Shown: one piece after another, positions 50,288 to 64,000 of the stretch
How positions within the stretch are numbered: the stretch's first letter is position 1
How the letters are laid out: each line of letters opens with the position of its first letter
Source of the DNA: Eledone cirrhosa
Lineage: Eukaryota
NCBI GenBank assembly: GCA_964016885.1
Contig: OZ024740.1
Span: 184,450,001-184,514,000 of the forward strand
Direction of reading: 5' to 3'
DNA: 64,000 bases
The notes under the pieces: model-generated
Seen by the model: the letters and a program-made list of their open reading frames with translations, nothing else
Database searches by the model: none
Told to the model about the DNA's origin: nothing
Made by a program: the position numbers and the translations under genes

Positions 50288-50588
50288 CGTTTCTGAATTT
50301 GTTTAGCAAGATTCTTTATCTGAAATTGTGTGTTGAAACCGATATTGTTATACTTTGGGAGGGTCATGTTGCCAATAAGAAACACACGCACCAGTTGCTT
50401 TCACTTCAATTTAATTTATTAAATATTTATAAATTTACAAATTTATAAATTTCTGGTTGGTTGGTTGGTTCCACAACATGACCCTCCCAAAGTATAACAA
50501 TATATATATATATATATATGTATGTATATATATATATGTATGTATATATATATATGTATGTATATATATATATATATGTATGTATATG

Positions 50589-50689
<101 letters not shown>

Positions 50690-50802
50690 ATATATATATA
50701 TGTATGTATATATATATATGTATGTATATATATATATATATGTATGTATATATATATATGTATGTTTATATATATATGTATGTATATATATATATATGTA
50801 TG

Positions 50803-50915
<113 letters not shown>

Positions 50916-50961
50916 ATATATATATATATATAAATATAAATACATACACATATATACATAT

Positions 50962-51304
50962 GGAGGCACATGGCTTAGTGGTTAGAGCATTGGCCTTGCA
51001 ATCGAAAGGTTGTGAGTTCAATTCTCAGACCGGGTGATGTGTTGTTTCTTTGAGCAAACACTTTATTTCACGTAGCTCCAGTTTACTCACCTGTAGAAAT
51101 GAGATGATAGGGACTGGGGTCCATATCATTCCACTGCAAACTGGTCGTGGAGGTGACGCAAAATAGCACCCAGCACTCACTGTAAATGAGGTTGGTGTTA
51201 GCAAGGGCATCCAGCTGTAGAAATCAAGCCAGCATCAGTTCCCGTCCCACCCTTGCAAGCAGGGAAAAAGCGGACGTAAAATGAAATGATGATGATGATG
51301 ATGA
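50962..51304 (+). mobile_element. Full-length tRNA-derived SINE with RTE-related 3' tail
   Basis: A box TGGCTTAGTGG, B box GTTCAATTC, AAGGGCATCCAGCTGTAGAAA, (GAT)n tail. Confidence 0.88.
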
Positions 51305-51655
51305 TATATATTTATATATGTATATATATATATTTTATATATATATATATTTTCACGTTGCTACACTTAATTCAGCTGTATGTGTTGCAACGTCATTGGT
51401 GCCAAGCTCTATTTTCCATTGTGTTTCCCTTTCTCAATACTGGTGGTATGGAGAGAGGAGACTGACTTGCATGGGTGACTGCTGGTCTCCCACAAACACA
51501 CCTTGCTCAGGCTTATGCCACAGAGGATAAATTCCCAGGTGCAAAACCATGGTCATTCATGACCGAAGGGGGTCTCAAATGATGTATATATATATATATA
51601 TATATGTGAGTCCCAGGTTCAATCAAGGGTAACCACAGTACGTAAGGTACTCAAC

Positions 51656-51687
<32 letters not shown>

Positions 51688-52547
51688 GTATCTCTTTCTA
51701 TCACTCTCTGCATGCACATGCACACACATATACAGATAAACTAGTATAAAATGAAGAACTAATAGAATATTTTTGGTTTATAATTCTGGCTAGGCTACTG
51801 TTGGTTGTGGTGCATAGTTCTGCCATGCGTAACCCTAACATTTATTTCCTCTGGGATCGCTACAATTTGTAACAGTAACATATAGAGAATAAATTGAATA
51901 ACTGGTGTTGCTTATTTTACTGGGATTAAAAGAAAAAAAAATATTTAAAAACATACTCAAACAGTCCAAACATTGTATCATAAGTGAATTTCTGTTAGAA
52001 TAAGCTCCATACACTATTGTAATTTTTTTCACACACAAAAAGGGAAGAGACATTAAAAGCAAAACTATTGGAAAGGTTATTTCATTATACCTTCTGTCTG
52101 GCATTTTGTTTCCAAATACAGCCTTTTATCTCTCTTGAGTACTTCATCAAACAAATTGAAACACATGTATAATAAAAGAATATTAAATAAAATAAAATAA
52201 AAACATAAAATGAAGATATATATATCAGTTTAGGAATGGATTGTAATTAAATTCAAATACTCTTTGTGTGTATTCATTCATTCATATATGGTGTGCGCAT
52301 ATCTATGGTTATATGTTCCTGGGTATACACACACACTCACACACGTATATATATATACACACACACATATCTTGTACATAAGTGTGTATATATGATACAT
52401 CATATGCATACATGTATATATATATGCATGTATGTTTATCAGGATTTTTGTGATATTTTTCCTTGATTTCTATGCTAGCTTGTAGATATTGTATTCTTCT
52501 CTATTCATATATGCACCTAAATATACACATATGAATGTTTGTAAATG

Positions 52548-52640
<93 letters not shown>

Positions 52641-52677
52641 TAAATACATATACATATATGTATGTGAGCATGAGAAC

Positions 52678-52708
<31 letters not shown>

Positions 52709-53873
52709 TATAGACACACATTCACACACAGGAGAAATGAACATGAAATAATGAGGATACACATGCAAATGTATGTGAATGTGCATGTGTCCATGCATAC
52801 ATGCATGCTATTATATATGCCATGTATGCAGACATTTAGTTTCAAGTTGCAGTAATAATAGCATTTTTAACAAATTTAAAAGAAATAAATACTTCTATTA
52901 TGGTTGTTTAATGTTTTATCTGACAAAAGAATGTTTCAGCAATATTAGAAATCAATGTATCTCTTTGGGTTAATTCTTTGGCTTTTATCTTTCAACATAC
53001 AGAAGTCTTTATTATCAGTTTATATATATGCATTTTTTTCTGTTTATTTCTGACATTGTTCTTTTTATATATCTAATAATCTTCTTGAAGTTTAAAATCA
53101 TTTGTCTAGCTGATACTACATGTCTTGGTGTTATCTATAGTAATTTGGCTTCTTATTGTGTTAACTACCTAGATGGTTTTACTAGTTGATATTTCTCATC
53201 ACTTTTCTAATGATCTTCTTCTTCTTCTTCTCCTTCTCCTTCTTCTTCTCCTTCTCCTTCTCCTTCTTCTTTTTGGGAAAGTCGTGGAGGTAGATTTCTC
53301 AAGTATTTTTTCCAGTGGGCCCTATCAGACGCAGCCATTCACAATTAATTCAGCCACATCCCAAAGCAAGACCAGCCAAGTTCATAGATGTTATCCAATC
53401 ACCATCTTGCTTGAGGTCTACCCATGGGTCTCCTTCTTGGTGGTTTTGCTCATAAAATCTGTCCAGCTATTCTTCCTGAAACATTCTTACCATATTCCCA
53501 TAGTATATCAGAGCTGCGGCCTCACAATTCAGAGAAGTAGTGGCTCTACCTGGATCAACTCTCTGATCACTGAGCTATTCACTCTATTGAGTAACATTAC
53601 TCCAAAAACCCTTTACAGGAACCCCATTTTGGCAGCTAGTATTTGCGATCATATTCTTTCAATCATTACCCAAAATTCATAACCATGTGTAAGGGTTAGC
53701 ACAAATATTGAATTGAAGATAGCGAGTTTCTCTTTTACACCTACCTCTCTCTTCTTATCACTGAATACTGAAGCTGGTACATTACTACACCAGTTCCTGC
53801 AATTCAAATTATTTTCATAATGATCAATACTTTATAATTATACCCAGTGGATCCTCCATCGGTTTTAACAAAG

Positions 53874-54218
53874 TCATCATTCATCATCATTTGATTTTAC
53901 GTCCGCTTTTTCCCTGCTTGCAAGGGTGGGACGGGAACTGATTCTGGCTTGATTTCTACAGCTGGATGCCCTTCCTAACACCAACCTCATTTACAGTGAG
54001 TGCTGGGTGCTTTTTTGCCGTGGCACCTCCACGACCACTTTGCAGTGGAATGATATGGACCCCAGTCCCTATCATCTCATTTCTACAGCTGAGTAAACTG
54101 GATCAATGTGAAATAAAGTGTCTTGCTCAAGGAAACAACACATCACCCGGTCTAAGAATTGAACTCACAACCTTTCGATTGCAAGGTCAATGCTCTAACC
54201 ACTAAGCCATGTGCCTCC
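53874..54218 (-). mobile_element. Full-length SINE, same family as 50962-51304
   Basis: High identity in reverse complement. Confidence 0.88.
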
Positions 54219-57200
54219 AAAGTGCATAATTTATTTGATCAAGGAAATTTGATCATATTTTATTCATCAAACTGATATATTAATGACTGACTGTTCCTCA
54301 GACACAGGGCTTGATTAACCATTAAGTAAAGTAAGTACATACTTAAGGCAAAGTAAATGGTGTACCATTTTATTCAAAGTAAACGTAATGTTCAGTCTAA
54401 AGATAGTTTTTGCAGATTTTATATATGGGGAAGTCATCATAACGTTTTAATTGATGGGGTCCTCAGTAGGATTTAATTTGTCCTGTCAGCTTGACACATT
54501 GTAACAAGGCTGGGAATTATAGGAACAGTTTTTCTGATTGGCTTCTGCACATCATTTGTTGGCCCAATTTCACACACAAAGAATTCATTGAAATAATATT
54601 TTATAAGAGTCACTGCCTCATGATTGCAAAGTGGATGTTTTAACCTTTCATCACACTAATGCAGAGTTTGTTTATATGTCTATATGTACTGTTGTTTCCT
54701 AAATTATATATATATTATTTTACTTAAACATATAATTATGATTTCTGGATTGGCAGTATTGGTAGAGTATCAGATAACATGCCTTGTGGCATATAGTTAT
54801 GTCCCTTTATGTTCTGAGTTCAAATCTGCTGAGGTTAGTTTTGCCTTTCATCTTTATGGAGTCAATAAAATGAAGTACTAGTAATGCACTGGTGATGGTT
54901 TAATCGACTTTCCCTTTCCCAAAAAATGATTGCCCTTGTGCTTCTATCAGAAACTATTATTCGTCTGGGCAATATATTGTAATTTAGGCAGAGTGGTAGC
55001 TTGCCAGAATTATATTTATTGAGTTATATTTTGTGTTCTAATCTAATCCTTCTAGAGTTAGTAAAGAATCAGTCAGGAAAGGGAGCTGATTGTTTTTAAT
55101 TGTCTGTGCCATTCCCAGAATGTGTAGTTTTAATGCCTAACATAGAAACCAAGCTGTTGTAATTTAGGTCAGAAAGACCTTCTTAGTTAATCAGTTAATT
55201 AGCTATCTAATTAAATTAAGACCTTATGTATTTTGAATGCAAAACAAAAAGTATTAATTAATTAAAGTGTACCTCTAAGTGGGAGAAAGAAATCACAATC
55301 TATCGGCAATTGTTAGCATGTCCATAATCATCTTTTGCCTGCAAATGGAAAGCAAACTTTTATTCCTCTAAGTATATAAATTAAATTTGAAAGATAAATT
55401 CCTATTTCTTTTAAAGTCATCAATTCTTTTCTTTGGAATTGCCACTAGGATGTTTTCTTTCTCCAACTAAGAAGTAACTTAAAATTAATTAAGAATGTTT
55501 TTTTACATATGGCATTCAGTCATACATCACCTGGCAACTTGATGATCTAGATAAATGCCTTATTTCCTTTAGTGCATTTTCCTTTTATTTAAATGTCTAT
55601 ATCTAATCTTTATTTCTGGTTGGCTTTTATTTTTTACTAACAATCTTAAATCACTATACAAGGCATCTTTTATCTAGTGTGGTATATTATGATGCATGGA
55701 AGGTTTAGCTACTATTTATTAATAGTAGGTTGAGCAATCAGTTGAAGACTTCCTCACAGGCTTATTAGGGCAAGTTTTTTTTTCATTATTGTTTGGGAAA
55801 TCTGCTGTAATTTAGCTAACAATCTGATGAAAACTATATGTATACTGCATTGGATAAAACAACACAATGTAGTTTGAATGTTTATAAAAGTTTGTATGGC
55901 ATGATTTTCTGGCTGTTTCTTTCTTCTGAGACTAACACTTGTATACTAGAAATAAAGGGCAGCCCACAAAACATCACAGTACTATTCTCTTCACAAAGTA
56001 AAAACCTATTCATAATCACAAATTGCCCTGTTATAATTTCATTTGGGATGGTATTGGTAGAATCTGTAGAACATGCCTTGTGATATACATTGCAGAATTT
56101 TACACTCTGATTTTAAATCTTACCAAGGTCAACTTCACTTTTTGTTGTTTTAAATTCGATAAAACTAGGTTTGTTGATTGATGGAATTACTAGTATTAAC
56201 AAAATGCTTAGTGGTATTTTCCTTGACTTTGATTCCACCCATCATTAGCAGTTCCCTTTTCCCTTCCTAAGTCAATAAACTAGTCGCAGTCAATGTACAT
56301 GGTAACAGCACTCCCCTCTCAATCCATCATGTCTTTGATGTTCTACTAAATCAATGATGAGTGGATTGAGAATGTGACTGTTTCTGCTCAAGGTTACATG
56401 TCCATACAAAACTGAAGTGTAGCATTCAGAATGCTGCCACTAAATGTTATATCATTCTGATTTATAACTGTGATAGTTAATTCAGTGGAAAAGAATACAT
56501 TTTAGTTAACTAGTTAGTTGAATGATTTAGTTAGATGCCCTATATTAAATTTTAGTATAGTTGAAGTAGTTTGATAGAAGTCTATTGATCAAGAATCATC
56601 AGGTTTTTCTGGGATTTATCTTTTCTTTAGTTTTTACTCAATATACATGATGTATCTGGTATAAGAAAAGAAAACAAAATGCAGAAAACAAAACAAAAAC
56701 AATGCACTCTCACCTAATTTGGAATCATTTATTTGATTTACACCAGTCCACATCACCCAAACACACATGCACACTACACAACAGATCAAATAAAAAATAA
56801 TAAGCAAGCAATATAGATAAGGAAATAAATAAATAATCATCAAAAGAAATTATGGAGATAAAACTGGCTGGCAGTAGCCTGACATAGAAATATGTAAATT
56901 TTATATACATACATATAGATGCATACAAATATAATATAAACTCACATACATATATGCATGCACATACTAATATAACACAAACCTATATACATAGATACAC
57001 TTATATATATAACACAAAGCTATATACATAAACTATACACATATATAACACAAACCTATATATATATATGCCTTTGTATGTATGCATACACATATACTAA
57101 AAATCTACTTAGATTTATCAATACATATAATTACAATGTGCATCATAGCTGAGTGGCTGTGTTCATTTTGCAGCCATATAGCTTTTGGGTTTCAGTCCTA

Positions 57201-57815
57201 CTATGCAACACAATACCTTGTGAGTGAAATTTGATAGTGTCACAACAAAAAGTACCCAGTGTATACAGTGAAGTCTTCGTGTAGGTGCCACAACAAGCAC
57301 TCAGTATTCACTGTAAATGAGGTTGGTGCTAGGAAGGGCATTCAACTGTAGAAACCAAGCTCAAATCAGTTCATTGCTCATAACAGGATAACTCATTTAA
57401 AGCATGCCATCGTGGTAAAGTGGACAGTAAATTGTAATGATGATGATGATGATATATATACATATATGTATATATATATATGTATATACATTTATACATA
57501 TATATAAAATACATCAATATATATGTATCTATATGATTCTTCAGTTGAATAGGAGGTTAATTATATGTACAAACACTGATAATGCTCCGATGACTCCAAA
57601 CTAGAGTTTGGAAGAAACAATTGTCAGCGATTAAATGATTTGAACATAACTTTGATACTTGTGTATTTTATATTCCTGCTCTGTAAAACACCTGATGTTC
57701 TTACATTGAGCTATTTCTCTTACTGGTAATAAGGTAGTAATAAATTACTGACATTTCCTGTTTATAGTTATTTATAGTATAGTATATACATAACTATAAA
57801 TAGTATCTTTATTAT

Positions 57816-57875
<60 letters not shown>

Positions 57876-57921
57876 ATATATATCATCATCATCATCATCA
57901 CCATTTACTGTCCACTTTTGT

Positions 57922-58134
57922 GAAGGCATGAGGCTGATTGGTTAGAGAACTGGATTCGCAATTGTGAGGTTGTCAGTTCGATTCCTGGACCGGGCGTTGC
58001 GTTATGTCCTTGAGCAAGAAACTTTATTCATGTTGCTTCTTCTACCTGGAGCTGCAACTGGTAGATTTATTAGCAATTGGAAAGACCAACGGAAACATTG
58101 TTTCCTCGGTCCGATTTGACAAAAGTTGATCGAC
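57922..58134 (+). mobile_element. tRNA-derived SINE
   Basis: GGCTGATTGG A-box-like, GTTCGATTCC B box, GTCCTTGAGCAAG central motif. Confidence 0.82.
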
Positions 58135-59532
58135 ATATATATATATATAATGTGGGTATGTCACTGCTTCTATTTGTTGAAGTCCTGTAACTTAGCAGTT
58201 CATCAAAAGCAGGTTGATAAAAAAGTAACAGACACGAAAATTATAAGTACTGGGATCATTATAATTCATGTTAAACTTGTGCCCCAGCATGGCCTCAGCA
58301 TAGTGACTGAAACTATTAAAAGAATAAAATAGTAAAATAATACACACACACACACTCAAATATGCACATAGTGCATACTCACATGCATACAGAAATATAT
58401 ATACATAATATGATATATGTGTGTATCTATATTTCTATACACACATTTTCACACACATTTACTTATACACTCATACATACATATATTTATATATACAACT
58501 AAAAGCAACGATCTTATTTTATTATTCCATTTTCACCATAACCAATAAATTGCATTTGCAAAAAAAACAAAAACAAAAAAACAAAGGAAATAAATAATTT
58601 AAAAATCACAAAAACAAATAATAATCAAATAATAAATAAATGTACAAATAAAATAGAACAAGAAACATAAACAAAAGAAATATAAAATAAAAGCATATTC
58701 CTGTCTAAACGATGAATATAAACATAAAAGAGTCAAAACAGGAACTGGAATTATTAAAGAAGAGTAAATAAAGAAATCCAATAATTATGAATAATCATGA
58801 AACTCAGGAGAAAATACTTGTCTGAGTTCTTATTTTATTTATTGAACTGTAAATGGTGTATATACTACAATATCACTGCAACCAACATTAACCATACTAC
58901 TACTATTATCACCTCCAGCTCCACCATTATTTTCATTACTATTACTATTACCAGCAATACCTCCACAGCAATAACACTACCAGCATCACTATCATTGCCT
59001 CCACAACAAACACTATCATCATTTCAACAGCCTGCATTACTGCCTACACCAAACTAATACAGCCATCACCAACAGCAACAACACCAACACAAATATATAA
59101 CAACATTTACAACAACAGTTCCCTTTAATGAATACTATTGAGGAATAATTTTCCACTGGCATATATATGTGTGTGTGTGTGTATTTGTTCAACACAGTAA
59201 ATTAGGTTGGTGTTAGGAAGGGCATCCAGCTATAAAATCCCCAACCAAATTTACAATTGTCGTCGAAGCAAGATAAGGCGTGGCCAACTCTACCAGATTT
59301 GTCTCCCAATGTGGACGACCGATCTAACACATGACAGCATGGAAAAATATGGAAAAAACGCTGAGGATGCTGATGATGATATATATATATATATATATAT
59401 ATAAGTCATCTGCCTTATGACTTTATGACTAGGCACCTTCATCTCTTGGAGGAAGTGGACTCTTAAGTTCAGTCAATACTTGACTGCCTCCCTAGTGCTG
59501 GTGCCACAAACAAATGCAGTCAGTACAACCTG

Positions 59533-59835
59533 TAAAATGGTTGGTGATGAGAAATACATCCAGCTGTAGAAACCATGTCCAAACAGGAATGTATGTAAAT
59601 TAGACACTGGTTGCTGACTTTCTAGGAGAAGGTTAGCTACAATTAATTAATGACTTGACCATTTAATGTTTCTTTCCATACCTGTATGGGGTGAACAAGT
59701 TGTCACAGGTCACGTCAGTAATTAATTGTAGCTAATGTTCTCCTAGAAAGTCAGCAACCAGTGTCTAATTTACATGCATTCCTGTTTGGACATGGTTTCT
59801 ACAGCTGGATGTATTTCTTATCACCTACCATTTTA
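59533..59835. repeat. Inverted repeat, about 128 bp arms and about 47 bp spacer
   Basis: 59533-59660 is the reverse complement of 59708-59835; includes the SINE/RTE tail motif CATCCAGCTGTAGAAA. Confidence 0.85.
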
Positions 59836-59862
59836 TATATATATAACACATACGTTATATAT

Positions 59863-59943
<81 letters not shown>

Positions 59944-60656
59944 CACGTTATATATATATATATATATATAACGTGTGTGTATATATATATATATGTATAT
60001 AATATGTGTGTGTCTGTGTATGCATACAGTAGAAAGTGTTGGTTCCATTGTTAAAATTAAAGATTCAAAGTATGGTTAGCTAAGTTAAAATATTGATTTA
60101 TATAAATGTTTTTAGGTTGCAGTTAATTTCATTCCAGACAAAACTTATCAAAGCATTCAAATGAATGTGCAGAATCTTAACTATAATAAAGAAAGGAGTG
60201 CAGGACTGCATCCAGAATATAATTGTTTATCCAGTTTTTTTAAATAAGTTGGATTACTTTGAATAAATAATTGTTTCTACTTTTGGCACAAGGCCAGCAA
60301 ATTACCCAGTGTATTACTGGTACTTTATTTTATCGACCCCATAAGGATGAAAGGCAAAGTTAAACTCGGCGGGATTGAATGAATATTACATAATGTATCT
60401 TCTAAATTTCGTACCACATGATTAAACATATATTAAAAATATTATTGTGTAATTCAAGACTTCTTTTAAAAATTTCAAATTTCAATACTTCCGGTATATC
60501 TATACTATATATAGAGAGAGAGTGAAAGAGAAACAAGAAGCGATTTTGATGTTTTTCAACATGCTGATGTGTGTGCGAGTATGTTGTTGTTCTTTGATTT
60601 TATAAAATTGCTAGAGATTGTATGTGTGAGTATATAAAGAGAGTAGTGACTGTGAC

Positions 60657-60716
<60 letters not shown>

Positions 60717-61399
60717 CGACTTTCATTAAATCGGACCGAGGAAACAATGATTCCGTTGGTCTTTCCATTTGCTAATAAGGTAAACGGGGTTGGTGTCAGG
60801 AAGGGCATCCAGCTGTAGAAATCAAGCCAGAATCAGTTCCTGTATGGGCAAGACATGGTCAGCCGACTTGACACTGCTCACAACAGGATAACCCATGTTA
60901 GCGTGGAAGAACGGACGTAACACGATGATGATGATGGTGATGATGATGATATATATTGTAACTATAATCACGCAAACACAAACTTATAAAAATAAACGCA
61001 CACGGACATACATTCACACAAATACGCATACTTTCACGCATATACATTTGCACAAACACACATCACACATACATTTACACAAACACACACATACAGTCAT
61101 GATAGCAGCGTTCGGTGAATTGGAAACGGGGTGGTAAAATAAGTATAACGTTTTATTTATTATTAACAACACAGTTAAACTCTTTTTTTTTAACTAATTT
61201 GTATATAAATTTAATATAATGGTTACAGAACGAAAGCACTAACAAATATAATATATAGAAAGGAAAGGGAAAGGAAAAAAAGAAAGAGAAAAATATACGC
61301 AAGCACGTAATACTCACATCTTAGCTCACATCAACAAAAGGCAGGCGAAAGGGGTCGACAAACGAGACGCTACCAGGGCAAAAGATAACAATATAGCGA

Positions 61400-61862
61400 G
61401 GAATACTGGGAAACCTCTCTAATAATGTCTGAGATAAGCTAGCACGCTCGCAGCGTTACTTTGGGTGATGGCGAGATAGAGGTGCTTGAACAACCAAGTG
61501 CCTTCACGATCATCATCAGTTACCTTTGTTTGGCGAGCCACCAGTGAAGATAAGAACCTCGCTGTCAATCGTCCGACTCCCCGAAACGTCTCGAACGCCA
61601 CAGGCTGGATAATTAGTTATCTGACGGAACAGGGTATTTTAGGATTTTGTTCCATTCAGCTGCGGATGCTGTAGCACTCGCCCTTGCCGTTGCATCCAGG
61701 ATGTGGGAAGAAGCAAAAGGGTCACTACTGTGACGTCCCAGGAAAAAGCACCTGCCTCTTGACCAGGAGCACAGAGTAAGACCATCAAGTCTTTTCCATC
61801 AATTCTGGACAACCCAGACGGTTCCAAAATTGAGTGGATGTTTGCCCGGGCCAAAGCTCTTA
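61400..61862 (-). mobile_element. CRE-like non-LTR retrotransposon C-terminal (restriction-like endonuclease) fragment
   Basis: ARANIHSILEPSGLSRIDGK, DGLTL, WDVTV, VAFETF, AITQSNAASV. Confidence 0.7.
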
Positions 61863-62108
61863 AGTGGCAATATGACAGTGTGTGCGCTCATGATTTTGTC
61901 AGCGTTCTTAAATTAGAGACGTGTGTGTGTCACTGTTTTTAAGTTAGAGACATATATGTGTGTAACCCTTTCCTTCGTTTTACTCACACATACATTCACA
62001 CAAACACACATACACATTGTGTGATGGACGGGTCGACAGAAGTCCCTCAAATGTATATGCATGTGAATGTAGTTCCACTGAAGCAGTCAGAGAAGTTGAA
62101 GTATCTGA

Positions 62109-62477
62109 TAACCTGTTAGCATTTATACCGGCTGTATCCAGCCAGAATTCTCTCACTACTTTCCGTTCATACCAGCCGTAATTGGCCGCTCATACTGATA
62201 TTAAGGTATTTTTCTCAAAATAAAATCATCAAAATCTCTTAGATTCGATATTATGTGAGAGAATTATGTAAGATAAAGCATTTACAACAAACATACAATA
62301 GCATATATGGAATAATGTAAATTCTAAAGGGTTAAGGTATTGTTCTCAAAATAAATAATATCAAAATATCATAGATTCGATATGTGAGATAATTATGTGA
62401 GATAATTATGTGAGGTAAATCCTTTACCATGGAAATACAATAGTATATATAGAGTAATGTAAATGCTAAAGGGTTAA
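62109..62477. mobile_element. piggyBac-type MITE-like element with internal duplication of about 135 bp
   Basis: TAACCTGTTAGCATTT ... AAATGCTAAAGGG-TTAA imperfect TIRs ending at TTAA; right end duplicated (62201-62335, 62332-62477). Confidence 0.55.
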
Positions 62478-62559
62478 CCCTTTTGTTTACTGTATTTTAA
62501 TGAAATACACTGTCTATGATTTTTTTTATAATTTTTAAAATAATCAAGAATTTGGAGGG

Positions 62560-63110
62560 ATTTGGTAAAACAATGATTGGAATGCAGGAGGCTGAATTAA
62601 GTGCAAGAATTGCAAAAGCTGATACAGTAATGCACCAGCCTCAGCATTCAGCAAACAGAAGGGGGTAGGTGTAAAAGCCAAACTCACTGTCTTCCTGGCA
62701 TTCCTGCCAACTCTTACCGAGGATCATGAATCTTGAGTAATGAGCAAAAGAGTACAATTGTAAATAAAAGCGGCAGAAATGGGATTCCTCCGAAGAGTCT
62801 TTGGAGTAACGTTACCCGATAAAGTGCATAACCCAGAGACCAAAGTGTCACTCCGATATTATGAGCAGGTGGTTAGAATGTCTCAGTAAAGAATCGCTGG
62901 ACACATTTTACGGCCAAACCAAACGGCAAGGGACCTAGAGGTAGACCCTAAGCAAGATAGTTGGATAACATCCATGAGCTTGGTCACGCTTTGGGATCCA
63001 GCTGGATCAGTTACAGATGTTTGCTACTGACAGACTCGCTAGAAGGAGTGTTTGAGAAGGACACTGGCCCCACGACCCTCTTAGAAATGAGTGGGCGAAG
63101 AAGAAGATAT
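62560..63110 (+). mobile_element. Highly decayed RTE-like 3' fragment
   Basis: KAAEMGFLRRVFGVT, GKGPRGRP remnants and GAAGAAGAAG tail. Confidence 0.6.
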
Positions 63111-63290
63111 TGTCGATTTACTTTTCAATTTACATATATATATTTGCGTATAATACCAATATGCACATTACATATGCGAGCAGAAAACCTGCTAGTCTAA
63201 ACTATAATAAAGCAAGGGTTGCGGGACTGCGTACGTTTATTTCTTTTAATCCAGTTAGTAAAATAAGTTGGATTACTTTGAATAAATAAT

Positions 63291-63476
63291 TGTTTCTACT
63301 TTAGGCACAAGGCCAGCAATAACCCAGTGCATTACTGGTACTTTATTTTATCGACCCCGTAAGGATGAAAGGCAAAGTCAACCTCGGCGGGATTTGAACT
63401 CAGATCGTAAAGGGACGTAACTATACTGGAAAGCATGGCGTCCGACCCTCCACCGATACTGCCAATCCACCACCCC
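63291..63476 (-). mobile_element. SINE with 15 bp target-site duplication; relatives near 35935-36090, 36668-36830, 54745-54960 and 60270-60376
   Basis: TSD CTTTGAATAAATAAT at 63276-63290 and 63476-63490; GTTCAAATCC B box; TTTGCCTTTCATCCT core. Confidence 0.82.
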
Positions 63477-64000
63477 TTTGAATAAATAATGAATGAATAT
63501 TACATAATGTATGTGCTAAATTTAGTAAACCAATAATTTCGTAAAAATAAATAATCTAAAATTGACTTCTTTTCAAAGTTGCACTTCCGGTGTATCGTCG
63601 CCACTTCAACTACCATATATATAGAAAGAGAGAGAGTGCGTGAAGGCTGTGCGAAGGCTGGTACGTACTGCGCATGCGCGAATATATATATATGTAATTA
63701 TATAGACACACATACATACCACACACAAATCGTCTCCGAGGTTAGTGAAGCTATTATTAATGCTCCCCTGATGAAGTAACTTGCAAATTCTTCGTAATGC
63801 TTGAAATGCAATAATACATCTAACGGACACACTCTCTAGAATAGATATATTTGTGTGTGTGAGAGAGAGAGAGGTAGATAGACAGGAAGGTTGGCAGGTA
63901 GATAGATAGATTTCTTTATTAGCCACAAGGGCGCAACAAGAAAAGGGGCAATACAAAGGTAGGTAGATAGATAGGTAGATAGACATGTGGGTTGGCAGGT

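Noticed and set aside
50962-51035. tRNA gene
   Set aside because: The tRNA-like head continues into a SINE body and (GAT)n tail, and several dispersed copies exist
63765-63820. CTGATGA...GAAATGCA hammerhead candidate
   Set aside because: No stem I complement and imperfect stem III

Overview
AT-rich eukaryotic (animal) repeat-dense DNA. The (TA)n tracts, RTE LINEs with (GAT)n tails and tRNA-derived SINEs suggest a cephalopod such as Octopus (inference). I recognise no host protein-coding gene, rRNA, true tRNA or CRISPR; most ORFs in the track are microsatellite translations. Content: a near-intact Penelope-like element (PLE; RT plus C-terminal GIY-YIG, Hydra-clade-like motifs) with pseudo-LTRs, two truncated or inverted copies of a second such family, a decayed Neptune-like PLE, a nearly full-length RTE, CR1-like and CRE-like fragments, a deleted mariner, several SINEs and MITE-like pieces. 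The main hidden signal, found by reading both strands, is about two dozen apparently intact minimal type I hammerhead ribozymes (HHRs) plus several decayed ones, from roughly ten sequence families. Many lie in non-coding 535-595 nt tandem units inserted in (TA)n (retrozyme-like elements). The best case is a near-identical 6 x 591 nt array with a U3-A8 variant core whose 5' edge coincides with the predicted cleavage site. All ribozyme folds are by eye, and no activity or database match has been tested.
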